NCBI GenBank assembly: GCA_015488295.1
Contig: WFOC01000079.1
Location: 39,009-103,008 of the forward strand
Direction of reading: 5' to 3'
Source: Gammaproteobacteria bacterium
GTDB taxonomy: Bacteria > Pseudomonadota > Gammaproteobacteria > SZUA-229
DNA length: 64,000 nt
The position numbers and the translations under genes were made by a program. Shown piece after piece: positions 37,352-47,362 of this stretch. The notes under the pieces were generated by a model that was not told the origin of the DNA, made no database searches, and saw only the letters and a program-made list of their open reading frames with translations. Position 1 is the first letter of the stretch. Every line of letters starts with the position of its first letter.

Positions 37352-39013
37352 ATGAATTTAAAACACACCACTAAATACGGAGCTGCAGCACTGGCCGTCT
37401 TCGTAGGCATGGCCGCATCCTCGGGCGTGGCCTTCGCCAAGAAAAAGTTCGAGCCGCTTAACGAAGCGGAGTTCGAGCAGGCAAAAAGCATGTACTTCCA
37501 GCGATGCGCTGGTTGTCACGGTGTTTTACGTCAGGGCGCAACAGGTAAAGCGCTTTTACCAAAACCCAACAAAGCTAAAAAGCAGAAAGGTACGCTTAAA
37601 CTTGGCACTAAACGTCTAACGAAAATTATCACCCTCGGTACCGAAGGTGGCATGAACAACTTCGACGATATTTTCACCAAGGAAGAAATTAATCTGTTAG
37701 CACGCTACATTCAGATGGAGCCACCGGTTCCACCAGAAATGTCTCTGGATTTAATGAAAGAACGTCACACCGTTTATGTGAAGCCCGAAGACTATCCTAC
37801 CAAACCTCTGCACAATCGTAACTGGCAAAACTTCTTCCTTGCTATCGAACGTGATGTCGGCAATATCGCAATCATCGACGGCGACACAAAAGAAGTCTTC
37901 GCTCGTGTAAAAACAGGTTATGCCGTACACGTGCTGAAAGCCGCAGAAAAAAACAAGGTACTGAAATCTAAAAATCCTGGTCGTTTCTGGTACACCATGG
38001 GCCGTGATGGCCTGATGACAAAAATCGACTTATGGCAAACACCGGACAAGATGAAAGTTGCCTCCGTACAAATCGCTTATGACGCACGTGACGTTGCCGT
38101 ATCCGGCGATGGCAAATACGTTATCGGCGGCGGCTACTGGCCACCTCATTTTGTCATTGCAGATGCTGAAACCATGGAGCCGCTGAAAGTTGTTTCTACA
38201 CGCGGTGTAAACGTCGATGGTGATTACGTCAACGAATCACGTGTTGCTGCAATCTATGACACACCACTGGCTCCTAGCTGGCTGGTTGCAATGAAAGAAC
38301 TGGGCCAGATGTGGCAGGTTGATTACAGCGATCTGGACAACCTTCAGATCACCCAGATCGACTCAGCCAAGTTCCTGCACGACGGTTTCTTTGATCCGAC
38401 TGGTCGTTACTTCCAGATTGCTGCGAACGCCTCTAACAAGATGGTGATCGTCGATAGTAAAACCCGCAAACTGGAAGCCATGATCGATGTCGACAAACTG
38501 CCTCACCCAGGCCCTGGCGCTAACTGGAACGACGAGAAGTGCGGTCCTGTCAGTGGTACCACTCACCTTGGTGTTGGTAAAGTCTCTGTCTGGGGTAACG
38601 ATCCTCAAGGTCATAAATCACAGGCCTGGAAGATCTGCTACACCGTTGATACCGACGGCCCTGGCGTATTCCTGCGTACCCATCCTAATAGCGACTATGT
38701 ATGGATAGACCAGACGAAACATCCAGAACCAGAAGTACAGCAGTCTATTAAAGTCCTCGACAAGAAGACTCGCAAGATTGTGAAAACCATCCGCGTAACC
38801 GAGAAGAAAGGTTATGTTGCGGTTCACTTCGAGTTCAACAAAGATGGTTCAGAAGTATGGGTATCTATCTGGAATCGCGCATCCAGCCTGAAGCCAAATG
38901 GCGAAATGGTTATCTATGATGCCAAGACGCTGAAAGAAAAAGCCCGTGTTAAAGGACTGTACGCACCAACAGGTAAGTTCAACGTATATAACCGCGTTAA
39001 CCACGTTACATAA
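37352..39013 (+). CDS. nirS: Cytochrome cd1 nitrite reductase NirS
   Basis: Signal peptide, heme c CAGCHGV, and a d1 beta-propeller domain. CAGGAG RBS before the ATG at 37352. Confidence 0.9.
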   Translation: MNLKHTTKYGAAALAVFVGMAASSGVAFAKKKFEPLNEAEFEQAKSMYFQRCAGCHGVLRQGATGKALLPKPNKAKKQKGTLKLGTKRLTKIITLGTEGGMNNFDDIFTKEEINLLARYIQMEPPVPPEMSLDLMKERHTVYVKPEDYPTKPLHNRNWQNFFLAIERDVGNIAIIDGDTKEVFARVKTGYAVHVLKAAEKNKVLKSKNPGRFWYTMGRDGLMTKIDLWQTPDKMKVASVQIAYDARDVAVSGDGKYVIGGGYWPPHFVIADAETMEPLKVVSTRGVNVDGDYVNESRVAAIYDTPLAPSWLVAMKELGQMWQVDYSDLDNLQITQIDSAKFLHDGFFDPTGRYFQIAANASNKMVIVDSKTRKLEAMIDVDKLPHPGPGANWNDEKCGPVSGTTHLGVGKVSVWGNDPQGHKSQAWKICYTVDTDGPGVFLRTHPNSDYVWIDQTKHPEPEVQQSIKVLDKKTRKIVKTIRVTEKKGYVAVHFEFNKDGSEVWVSIWNRASSLKPNGEMVIYDAKTLKEKARVKGLYAPTGKFNVYNRVNHVT

Positions 39014-39048
39014 TGGTGATTAACAACGTTATTAGTTAAACGGAACCG

Positions 39049-39076
39049 GGCGGGCATACAATCAGGTATGCCCGCC
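39049..39076 (+). terminator. Hairpin after nirS (GGCGGGCATAC...GTATGCCCGCC)
   Basis: 10-bp GC-rich stem with no clear T-run. Confidence 0.4.
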
Positions 39077-39194
39077 CCTCCCAAAACTTCACATTTTTAT
39101 TACACCAGAAGCTTGCAACAGGCATCTGACGTAATAGAAATCACAACGGAAAAAACAACAGCTGACTTAACAACAGCAAGGTGTATCTAAGACC

Positions 39195-40982
39195 ATGGCC
39201 AACTCATCAACAAAATCGTCTCACAGAAAATTCGGATTGATGTCGCGCAAAGTTCTACTCGGAACCACGCTCGGTGCAGCATTGTTCTTTATGATAATCG
39301 GTGTCATTTTTTGGGGCGGCTTTAATACCGCGATGGAAGTGACCAACTCTCTCGACTTCTGTATCTCCTGTCATGAGATGGAAGAGAATGTTTATCGCGA
39401 ATACCAGAAAACAATCCACTACACCAACCGCAGCGGCGTACGCGCCACCTGTTCCGACTGCCACGTACCCCGTCCATGGATACACAAGGTAGTACGTAAA
39501 ATCCAGGCGAGTAGAGAGGTCTTCCACAAGGTACTCGGCACCATCGACACCCCGGAAAAATTCAATGACAAGCGTTTACACCTGGCAACAAATGTCTGGC
39601 ACGCAATGAAAAACACAGATTCACGTGAATGCAGAAACTGCCACAACTTCGATTCAATGAATCCCGAAGATCAGAAAAAACGCGCACGTAAACAACATGC
39701 CACTGCGATGGAAGAAGGCAACACCTGTATCGATTGTCACAAAGGCATCGCTCACAGCAAAATCCACGACAAACTCAGCGAAGAAGAGCTGGAAGAAATT
39801 TCAAGACCCGTTCCCGAAAACAAGCGCCCCATCGCACCACAATGGCAGGCCTTTATCGATAACGGCAAAAAGCTGGTAACAAAAGATTCAGATAAAAAAC
39901 ACAGCACAACCAAAAAGCCTGCAGCTACCAAAACCGCACCTGCTGCTGCGCCGGTAGCCGCACCTGAAAAAGCGGCGGCCAAACCTGCCGCTGCCGCCAG
40001 TGGTTCAGGCTCAGGCTCAAACATTGACTGGAGCAGCATAGAACCCGCAGAAATCACCGTGTTCTTCCCCGGCCAGGCATCGCTGGAATGGGTACTCAAG
40101 GGCAGTGATCACGGCGGCAAGCGCGCCTTCACCAAAGGCGACCGTTGCTTCGAATGCCACGAGGACGAAGAAATTGATATCGGTGAACTGATTGTCTCCG
40201 GCGAAAAAATTGAATCTGAACCCATCCCCGGCAAACGTGGTTATATTCCGGTTCAGGTAAAAGCCGCACATGACAACGAAAATCTGTACATGCAATTCCA
40301 GTGGGAAGACACCGAGCACGTAGAAGTGCCATTTGCAGAAGGCGGCAAGATGGATGCCGAAAACCCCGTCAAACTGGCGATCATGCTGGCATACGAGGGT
40401 GAAGACGGCTCGAAAGTAGAATACGCTGACCGCGCCGGCTGCTGGCAGTCATGTCACCACGACGTTAACCACATGCCTCACGAACCCGATGCCTCCGCAC
40501 TGAGCGGTCCGCTGTCGGAACGTCTGGATCTGAGCCACGGCTTCACCAAGTACCTGAAAGAAAGCCGGACTTCAATCGAAATCGAAGGTAAAGACGGCAA
40601 GAAACGTGGCGGCTGGGACAAGCTGAAGAGCGAAGAAGAAATTCAGGCTCTGCTGAAAGACGGCGTATTCATGGATCTGCTGCGCTACAAATCGGGCACC
40701 GGTGAATCCGAAGACGGCTATATTCTTGACGAACGCGTGATGAGCGGCGGTCAGGGTGTACACTTTACCGGTGAGCTCAAAGACGGTATCTGGACAGTTG
40801 AGATGACACGCAAACTCACCTCTGACCAGCCCGGCGATGTCAACCTGGAACTGGACAAGATGTATGACTTCGGTTTTGCCATCCACGATGATTACAGCAA
40901 CAGCCGATTCCACCATGTATCACTGGGACTGAAGCTGGGCTTTGATAATGAGGATGCCGAAATCAATGCCGTAGCACAATAA
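39195..40982 (+). CDS. NapC/NirT-type tetraheme cytochrome c fused via an Ala/Pro-rich linker to a 330-aa periplasmic domain with two more CxxCH motifs (NirT-NirB-like fusion)
   Basis: N-terminal CISCH, CSDCH, CRNCH and CIDCH. Linker KKPAATKTAPAAAPVAAPEKAAAKPAAAASGSGSGS. The C-terminal domain carries CFECH and CWQSCH. Confidence 0.8.
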   Translation: MANSSTKSSHRKFGLMSRKVLLGTTLGAALFFMIIGVIFWGGFNTAMEVTNSLDFCISCHEMEENVYREYQKTIHYTNRSGVRATCSDCHVPRPWIHKVVRKIQASREVFHKVLGTIDTPEKFNDKRLHLATNVWHAMKNTDSRECRNCHNFDSMNPEDQKKRARKQHATAMEEGNTCIDCHKGIAHSKIHDKLSEEELEEISRPVPENKRPIAPQWQAFIDNGKKLVTKDSDKKHSTTKKPAATKTAPAAAPVAAPEKAAAKPAAAASGSGSGSNIDWSSIEPAEITVFFPGQASLEWVLKGSDHGGKRAFTKGDRCFECHEDEEIDIGELIVSGEKIESEPIPGKRGYIPVQVKAAHDNENLYMQFQWEDTEHVEVPFAEGGKMDAENPVKLAIMLAYEGEDGSKVEYADRAGCWQSCHHDVNHMPHEPDASALSGPLSERLDLSHGFTKYLKESRTSIEIEGKDGKKRGGWDKLKSEEEIQALLKDGVFMDLLRYKSGTGESEDGYILDERVMSGGQGVHFTGELKDGIWTVEMTRKLTSDQPGDVNLELDKMYDFGFAIHDDYSNSRFHHVSLGLKLGFDNEDAEINAVAQ

Positions 40983-41030
40983 GCGCTGGCTAAATCACCC
41001 CGGACGAATAGACCAGGTGGACAAAAACAG

Positions 41031-41062
41031 GTCGCAGGCTGTATAGCTTGCGGCCTTTTTTG
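41031..41062 (+). terminator. Probable terminator after nirT-fusion gene
   Basis: GC-rich hairpin ending in GGCCTTTTTTG. Confidence 0.5.
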
Positions 41063-41122
41063 TATACTGCGTCTATTAGCAAGGCCGTAAACCCAGATAC
41101 CCAATCACCGAGGGAAATAACT

Positions 41123-41449
41123 ATGAAATGGCAACCACTGTTACTGATATTCGCGCTGGCCGCCTTCAACCCGGCAGCCTCTGCCGGCAATGACATGCCG
41201 CAGGTCATCATCAAGGACTTCAAATTCATCCCGCAGGAAATCACCATCAAACGCGGTCAGACCATAAACTGGGATAACCAGGAAAAACGCCAGTACCACA
41301 GCGTCTGGTTCGAGGCGCTGGGTGAAGAAGAACCCGATTATTTTTTTCCTGAAGAAAACTACCAGCGCGAATTTAAACAGACCGGCACGTTTCCCTACCG
41401 TTGCGGGCCGCACCCGAAGATGACCGGCATTGTGCACGTCATCGACTAA
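41123..41449 (+). CDS. Amicyanin-like type-1 copper cupredoxin
   Basis: Signal peptide. Type 1 Cu ligands His (HSVWF) plus C-x2-H-x2-M in YRCGPHPKMTGIVHV, as in amicyanin. GAGGGA RBS. Confidence 0.75.
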   Translation: MKWQPLLLIFALAAFNPAASAGNDMPQVIIKDFKFIPQEITIKRGQTINWDNQEKRQYHSVWFEALGEEEPDYFFPEENYQREFKQTGTFPYRCGPHPKMTGIVHVID

Positions 41450-41488
41450 AACCACTCCCCCCATTCATCAGCAGCCGACCCTATTAAA

Positions 41489-43090
41489 ATGAAGCGTTCC
41501 ACAATAATCAAAATTGTTTTTATCAAACTCGCACTGATCTTTGCCGTCGTTGCACTGGTGTATTTATTATTTCCGGAAAAATCTTATGGCGCAACCAGTG
41601 CCGCTACCGAAAAGCTGTATCAGGATAACTGCGCCGAGTGCCATAACGCCTATCGCCTTGGTGGTATGGGGCCGGCGCTGCTACCGGAAAATCTGAAACG
41701 TCTGCGCAAGAAAGCCGCTGCTGAAGTCATCAAAAACGGGCGCGAAGCCACGCAAATGCCTGCCTTCAAAGACAGGCTGAACAACGCACAAATTCAGTCA
41801 CTGGTTGACTTTGTTTATACGCCGTTAAAAGAAATTCCCCCCTGGGGCATGAAAGAAATCAAAGCCAGCCAGATCATCCACAACAAAGAAGCCGACCTGC
41901 CTGACAAACCGGTATACGAAGTCGACGATCTGCTCAACATGTTTCTCGTGGTCGAGCTGGGCGACCACCACGTCACCCTGCTCGACGGTGACAAGTTCGA
42001 ACCCATCCACCGCTTCAAGTCGCGTTTTGCGCTGCACGGTGGCCCCAAGTATTCACCCGATGGCCGCTTTGTTTATTTTGCTTCACGCGATGGCTGGATC
42101 AGCAAATACGATATTTATAATTTAAAACTGGTGGCCGAAGTACGCGCCGGTATCAACACCCGCAATCAGGCCGTATCTGCCGATGGCCGTTATGTAATGA
42201 TCGCCAACTACCTGCCACACACCCTGGTGCTGCTGGACGCAAAAGATTTAAGCCCGATAAAAGTTTTTGAAGTAAAAGACAACAACGGCAAATCATCGCG
42301 CGTCAGTGCTGTTTACACCGCACCACCGCGTGAAAGTTTTATCGCTGCGCTGAAAGACATTCCCGAACTGTGGGAAATTTCCTACGCTGACGAACCACCC
42401 CAGGGTTTCAACAGCTGGGTACATGACTACAACACCGAGTCCGGTGAAAATGCCGAAATCGAACCCTTCCCGGTACGCCGCATCACCGTGGCCGACTACC
42501 TCGATGATTTCTTTTTTGATCAGGAATACGTCTCGCTAATCGGTGCCTCCCGTGAGGGCAAGGGCCAGGTGGTGGACATGGATATTGGCCGCGTCATCGT
42601 GCCCGAGCTGGAACTGCCCGGCATGCCGCACCTCGGCTCCGGCATCACTTTTGAATACAAGGGTCGCACCGTGCTGGCCACGCCCAATCTGAAAAAAGGT
42701 GATGTCAGCATCATCGACATGGACACCTGGAAAACCATCAAACACATCAAAACCCTCGGTCCCGGTTTTTTCATGCGTAGCCACAAAAACACTCACTACG
42801 CCTGGGTTGATGTGTTCTTCGGCCCCGATAAAGATGCCATGCACATCATCGACAAGCGCACTCTGGAAATCGTCAAAACCCTGCGCCCGGCTCCCGGTAA
42901 AACCTCTGCCCATGTTGAGTTCACCCGCGACGGCAAGTACGCCCTGCTCAGTATCTGGGATCCCGATGGCGCGGTCATCATCTACGATGCCGACAGCCTG
43001 AAAGAAATAAAGCGCCTGCCGATGAACAAGCCCTCAGGCAAATATAACGTGTTCAACAAAACGCGCTATATGGAAGGTACCAGTCATTAG
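41489..43090 (+). CDS. Cytochrome cd1-family protein, NirN-like (heme c CAECH plus d1-type beta-propeller)
   Basis: N-terminal heme c domain resembling the NirS/NirN c-domain. At 533 aa it is shorter than NirS, consistent with NirN, but could be a second NirS-like paralog. Confidence 0.55.
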   Translation: MKRSTIIKIVFIKLALIFAVVALVYLLFPEKSYGATSAATEKLYQDNCAECHNAYRLGGMGPALLPENLKRLRKKAAAEVIKNGREATQMPAFKDRLNNAQIQSLVDFVYTPLKEIPPWGMKEIKASQIIHNKEADLPDKPVYEVDDLLNMFLVVELGDHHVTLLDGDKFEPIHRFKSRFALHGGPKYSPDGRFVYFASRDGWISKYDIYNLKLVAEVRAGINTRNQAVSADGRYVMIANYLPHTLVLLDAKDLSPIKVFEVKDNNGKSSRVSAVYTAPPRESFIAALKDIPELWEISYADEPPQGFNSWVHDYNTESGENAEIEPFPVRRITVADYLDDFFFDQEYVSLIGASREGKGQVVDMDIGRVIVPELELPGMPHLGSGITFEYKGRTVLATPNLKKGDVSIIDMDTWKTIKHIKTLGPGFFMRSHKNTHYAWVDVFFGPDKDAMHIIDKRTLEIVKTLRPAPGKTSAHVEFTRDGKYALLSIWDPDGAVIIYDADSLKEIKRLPMNKPSGKYNVFNKTRYMEGTSH

Positions 43091-43185
43091 TGGAAAAAAC
43101 GGCAGACACAAAATTATGCCCTGTGACTGAATAATTGCTAGAATCCGCCGCTTCATACTAATTTACAAAAAGCGGAAACTGTCAC

Positions 43186-44382
43186 GTGATCATCAAAGCA
43201 AAAACTCGCGGATTCATTTGTACCACAGCGCACCCCACCGGTTGCGAAGCCAATGTCAAAGAACAGATCGCACGCGTCAAAGCCGACGGCGCAGTGGCCA
43301 ACGGCCCGAAAAATGTTCTGGTCATCGGCGCATCCACCGGTTACGGCCTGGCATCTCGCATCACTGCGGCTTTTGGTTCCGGCGCTGCCACCCTGGGCGT
43401 GTTTCTGGAAAAACCGGCCACCGAGAAAAAACCCGGTTCAGCCGGCTGGTATAACTCCGGCGCGTTTGAAAAGCTGGCACACGCCGAAGGCCTGTATGCC
43501 AAAAGCATCAATGGCGATGCCTTCTCCAACGATATGCGCGACAAGGCTATCGAAATCATCAAACAGGATATGGGACAGGTCGATCTGGTGGTCTACTCAC
43601 TGGCTTCACCGGTACGCAAACTGCCGGACAGCGGCGAAGTTATTCGCTCGGTTCTAAAACCCATCGGTGAAACCTACAAAGCCACCGCAGTCGACACCAG
43701 CAAGGATGTACTCATCGACGCTGAAATTGAACCGGCCACGGAAGAAGAAGTCCAGAACACCGTCACCGTCATGGGTGGTGAAGACTGGGAACTATGGATG
43801 GCTGCGCTGAAAGAAGCCGGCGTACTGGCCGACGGCGTAAAAACCGTTTCCTACAGCTACATCGGCACCGACATCACCTGGCCGATCTACTGGCACGGCG
43901 CACTGGGCAAGGCCAAGGAAGACATGGATCGCGCTGCCGGCGCGCTGCGCGAGTCACTGGCAGATATCAACGGCACAGCCAATGTCGCGGTGCTAAAAAG
44001 CGTGGTCACCCAGGCTTCCGCCGCTATCCCGGTAATGCCGCTCTACATCGCTATCGGTTTTAAGGTCATGAAAGAACTGGGCATCCACGAAGGCTGCATC
44101 GAACAGATCAACCGCATGTTCCGCACACAGCTGTACAAAGACGGCGGTGCAGAACTGGACGACACATCACGCATCCGCATGGACGACTGGGAACTGCGCG
44201 ACGAAGTACAGAACGCCGTGAAAGAAATCTGGCCACAGGTGACCAATGAAAACATTTTTGAGATCACCGACTACCGTGGTTATAAAGATGAATTTCTGAA
44301 ACTGTTTGGTTTTGGTGTTGCCGGGGTTAATTATGAGGCTGAGGTTGATACGATTATCAAGTTTGAGCCTGAAACAATATAG
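43186..44382 (+). CDS. fabV: Enoyl-[acyl-carrier-protein] reductase FabV (trans-2-enoyl-CoA reductase family)
   Basis: GTG start. [20 protein letters not shown]...[17 protein letters not shown]-terminus characteristic of FabV. Confidence 0.85.
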   Translation: MIIKAKTRGFICTTAHPTGCEANVKEQIARVKADGAVANGPKNVLVIGASTGYGLASRITAAFGSGAATLGVFLEKPATEKKPGSAGWYNSGAFEKLAHAEGLYAKSINGDAFSNDMRDKAIEIIKQDMGQVDLVVYSLASPVRKLPDSGEVIRSVLKPIGETYKATAVDTSKDVLIDAEIEPATEEEVQNTVTVMGGEDWELWMAALKEAGVLADGVKTVSYSYIGTDITWPIYWHGALGKAKEDMDRAAGALRESLADINGTANVAVLKSVVTQASAAIPVMPLYIAIGFKVMKELGIHEGCIEQINRMFRTQLYKDGGAELDDTSRIRMDDWELRDEVQNAVKEIWPQVTNENIFEITDYRGYKDEFLKLFGFGVAGVNYEAEVDTIIKFEPETI

Positions 44383-44394
44383 ATAACAGGCACA

Positions 44395-44424
44395 GGGGGC
44401 AGAGACAAGCGTGTCTCTGCCCCC
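44395..44424. terminator. Perfect 13-bp-stem hairpin GGGGGCAGAGACA-AGCG-TGTCTCTGCCCCC between convergent genes
   Basis: Perfect stem directly observed. No T-run. Confidence 0.5.
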
Positions 44425-44451
44425 GCATCGCCTAAAACCTCTCAAACAGTG

Positions 44452-45177
44452 TTAATCCAAAACACATTGACAGCTCCCCTTCTCATGCCCGCAGGGCAAG
44501 ATCATGTAGTTCGATTGCTCGCCGATAGTTTGTTTAAGCACGGGCCAGTGTTCGACTTTGTCGGTGCCAAAGGTGAAGCTCAACATCACTCTTAAATTAT
44601 CTGTTTCCGGGTATGGCTGGGTAGCGTGTTCAAAGCCATCGCCAAAAACAACGGCTTCGTTCATTTTATATTCATGCACTTTTGTGGCGGATGTTTCATC
44701 TTTGTACATAAGCTGGCCGTGTGATTCATCAAGCTCAAACAATGGTGTGATCAGGGTGTAGGCGTTTGCGCCATCCTGAAAATCTTTATGCCAGGTTTCC
44801 CTGTCCATTTTTTTGCCAACCACAAAAAAACCGCAATAAACTTCTATTTTATTTTCAAAGTCGACCAGCTCTTTTATGTCATCCATGATGTCCAGTTCAT
44901 CCATAAATGATTTAAAAAGCGCATAAGTGTGAGCATTGTTATTTGATATCCACAACAGTGGTGCAGTACCATAGGATGTTACATGAAACTGCAGATCGTC
45001 AAATTTCATCTGGATATTGATCTGTTCCATGCCGGTGAACAGGTATGCATAACCTTCTCTGTTCAGGCGCTCTTTTAAAACCTCATCAAACATTGTTTGT
45101 AATGCTGTTAACAGGGATGGGTTAAAATTTACTTTGTAAGCGTTCAGGCCGGAGCCGATCTGTTGGAGTTTTTTCAT
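44452..45177 (-). CDS. Hypothetical protein, possible 2OG-Fe(II) oxygenase-like fold
   Basis: HKD...FGDGFEH could form an HxD...H facial triad. No other recognisable motif. Confidence 0.35.
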   Translation of the reverse strand: MKKLQQIGSGLNAYKVNFNPSLLTALQTMFDEVLKERLNREGYAYLFTGMEQINIQMKFDDLQFHVTSYGTAPLLWISNNNAHTYALFKSFMDELDIMDDIKELVDFENKIEVYCGFFVVGKKMDRETWHKDFQDGANAYTLITPLFELDESHGQLMYKDETSATKVHEYKMNEAVVFGDGFEHATQPYPETDNLRVMLSFTFGTDKVEHWPVLKQTIGEQSNYMILPCGHEKGSCQCVLD

Positions 45178-45288
45178 TATTGATTTTTGTATTGCGATTA
45201 TTAATTTAACGAATGTAGCGGGTGGTGATTAAATTTTACATTAATGCAAAACCGATCTGCGGCTTTTTTACCGCCGGATAAAACCCTT

Positions 45289-45897
45289 TTAATCACTCAT
45301 CTTCCACAGGTAAAAACTTGCAATGCTTCGATAAGGTCGCCAGGCTTCGGCAATGGCAATGTAGCGATCATGCTTCACATCATCCGCCAGCTGATAATGT
45401 TGCTGTATTGAGCGGCGAATCACCAGATCACCAACAGGAAAAATATCGGCTCTTTGCAACGAGAACATCATAAACATATCAACACTCCACGGACCGATGC
45501 CGGGATATTGAATCAGCGTCTGCCGCACAGCCTCATCACTTTTACGCACCAGTTTTCTGAAGTTCAACTCGCCATCAACAACCGCCTGCGCCAGTGTGCA
45601 GATGTAACGCACCTTGTTATCTGAAAGACCGCAGCGGCGTATTTCTGTGGTTTTTAATTCGAGTAATTTATCCGCCCGGAAAAAACGTCCTCCCTGTTTT
45701 TCCAGCAAGCGCTTTTCGATGGTTTGCCCGGCTTTGTATGAAAGCTGCTGGTTGATGATGGCACTGACCAGCGCATGATAATGCGGCTGTTTTGCTCGAC
45801 CCGGCGTAATCGGGCCGCACTGTTTTATCAGATCTGCCATAACGGTATCTGCTTTGCGAAAATGACGATGTGCTGCATTAATAAGACTTTTATCCAT
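45289..45897 (-). CDS. DNA-3-methyladenine glycosylase II-like (HhH-GPD superfamily)
   Basis: HhH-GPD motif LIQYPGIGPWSVDMFMMFSLQRADIFPVGD. Confidence 0.7.
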   Translation of the reverse strand: MDKSLINAAHRHFRKADTVMADLIKQCGPITPGRAKQPHYHALVSAIINQQLSYKAGQTIEKRLLEKQGGRFFRADKLLELKTTEIRRCGLSDNKVRYICTLAQAVVDGELNFRKLVRKSDEAVRQTLIQYPGIGPWSVDMFMMFSLQRADIFPVGDLVIRRSIQQHYQLADDVKHDRYIAIAEAWRPYRSIASFYLWKMSD

Positions 45898-46156
45898 GAA
45901 CAACATATTAGCCGATTAGAAGCGGCAAATTGAACCCTGCGCCAGCGATGTTTTCCATATAGACTGAGTCTTGACTATATTAGCATTTAATTATATTCTA
46001 TGTGACACCAGATGCGCACCTGGCCATGCTTTATTTCAGGCGCGCTTTATTAATAAAAACTATGCGTGATTTCTATCCATTCCCCGGGAAATCACAGGAC
46101 TCTTAACCCGCACTAAATACCCGTTTATTTAGCTGAAGAGAAAACAGGAGAAAAAG

Positions 46157-46540
46157 ATGTCTGATAAAAAAACGTTTATGGATTACATCAATGATGCAAA
46201 GTCCAGAATCACCGAGGTCGATATCGATAAGGCCGAGCAGCTAATATCGGAAGGTCACAAAGTACTCGATATTCGCGAGCCTCACGAATATTCCGCCAAC
46301 AAGATCAGGGATTCCATCAACATCCCGCGCGGTGTACTGGAAGCTGCTGCCTGTCATGCGTTTGAAGGAGCCAATCCAGCGTTGCGTGATGCACGCGATG
46401 ATCACTGGCTGGTTGTATGCGCCACTGGCGGTCGCGCAGCGCTGGCCACAGACACTTTGCAGGCGATGGGTTTTAATAATGTTGCCAGCATCGCTGGCGG
46501 TATCAATGCCTGGAAAAACGCCAATAAAGACATTCACTAA
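46157..46540 (+). CDS. Single-domain rhodanese sulfurtransferase
   Basis: Rhodanese fold with active-site loop CATGGRA. Confidence 0.8.
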   Translation: MSDKKTFMDYINDAKSRITEVDIDKAEQLISEGHKVLDIREPHEYSANKIRDSINIPRGVLEAAACHAFEGANPALRDARDDHWLVVCATGGRAALATDTLQAMGFNNVASIAGGINAWKNANKDIH

Positions 46541-46650
46541 ATTACTTTGGGATAATAAATAAGCTGAAGATGCCGATGCTGCTGGTATTGTTTTTTCGAT
46601 GCCAGCAGCTATTCCCTGCTTATGGCAGGCGCTTTTGTAACAGCTTGAAT

Positions 46651-47166
46651 TCAGATTCGGCAGCCTGAACCATCACAGCCACATTCTTTGCCCAGCGCGC
46701 GCTTCAAAATCTCACTGCGCTCAAAAGCAGATGACACCAGCTCCCGTGCCCGGGCCCTGACGGCTTCATCGCTTGCCGATTCTGCCACCGCATCATAAAA
46801 AGCAAAACTGCGGTCACAACAGGCACAGAGCCTCTGCAGCCTTGATACAGGGGTATCAAACTGCTCTTCCCTTTGTTCGTTATACAGGGTGATTTCTTTC
46901 AGATTACGGGTAACGTCTTCGCTCAGCTCGGTTTCCCCACTCAATACTTTATCATTCAGCACATATTTATTTTGGCTGAGCTGCTTAAACGTTTGTATGG
47001 TCAGCGAGTTTATTTGTTCAAAATCCTCATCCAGCCGGTCTATTGCATCCATGACATAACGGTCGATATAAATGGCGGCGGCCAGCAGGTCTGTTTCATT
47101 CTGAATAACGTCGGGATTTATTTTTGGTTCCATCATAACGGGCTCCCCCTCTACATGTAGACTCAT
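46651..47166 (-). CDS. Hypothetical protein sharing a C-terminal domain (CDRSFAFYDAV) with the rubrerythrin-like protein downstream, plus a Cys-rich tail
   Basis: IYIDRY...CDRSFAFYD domain paralogous to residues 175-316 of the 47363-48313 product. Ends GKECGCDGSGCRI. Confidence 0.45.
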   Translation of the reverse strand: MSLHVEGEPVMMEPKINPDVIQNETDLLAAAIYIDRYVMDAIDRLDEDFEQINSLTIQTFKQLSQNKYVLNDKVLSGETELSEDVTRNLKEITLYNEQREEQFDTPVSRLQRLCACCDRSFAFYDAVAESASDEAVRARARELVSSAFERSEILKRALGKECGCDGSGCRI

Positions 47167-47362
47167 CTGAAATACCCGACATCACCAGGCGAAGGGGATT
47201 CGCCCCTGCCATCATCCACTTTTACATTACTCATTGTTATCGCGTCGTTGTAATATCCCATAGAAATCCAGAATCTATTATCCCCCTGTTTTTCATAACG
47301 TTATTTGATTTTAGTCAAGAGCTGACAGTTTAAGTAAGCTCGTCGTAAATAACTGACATCTG

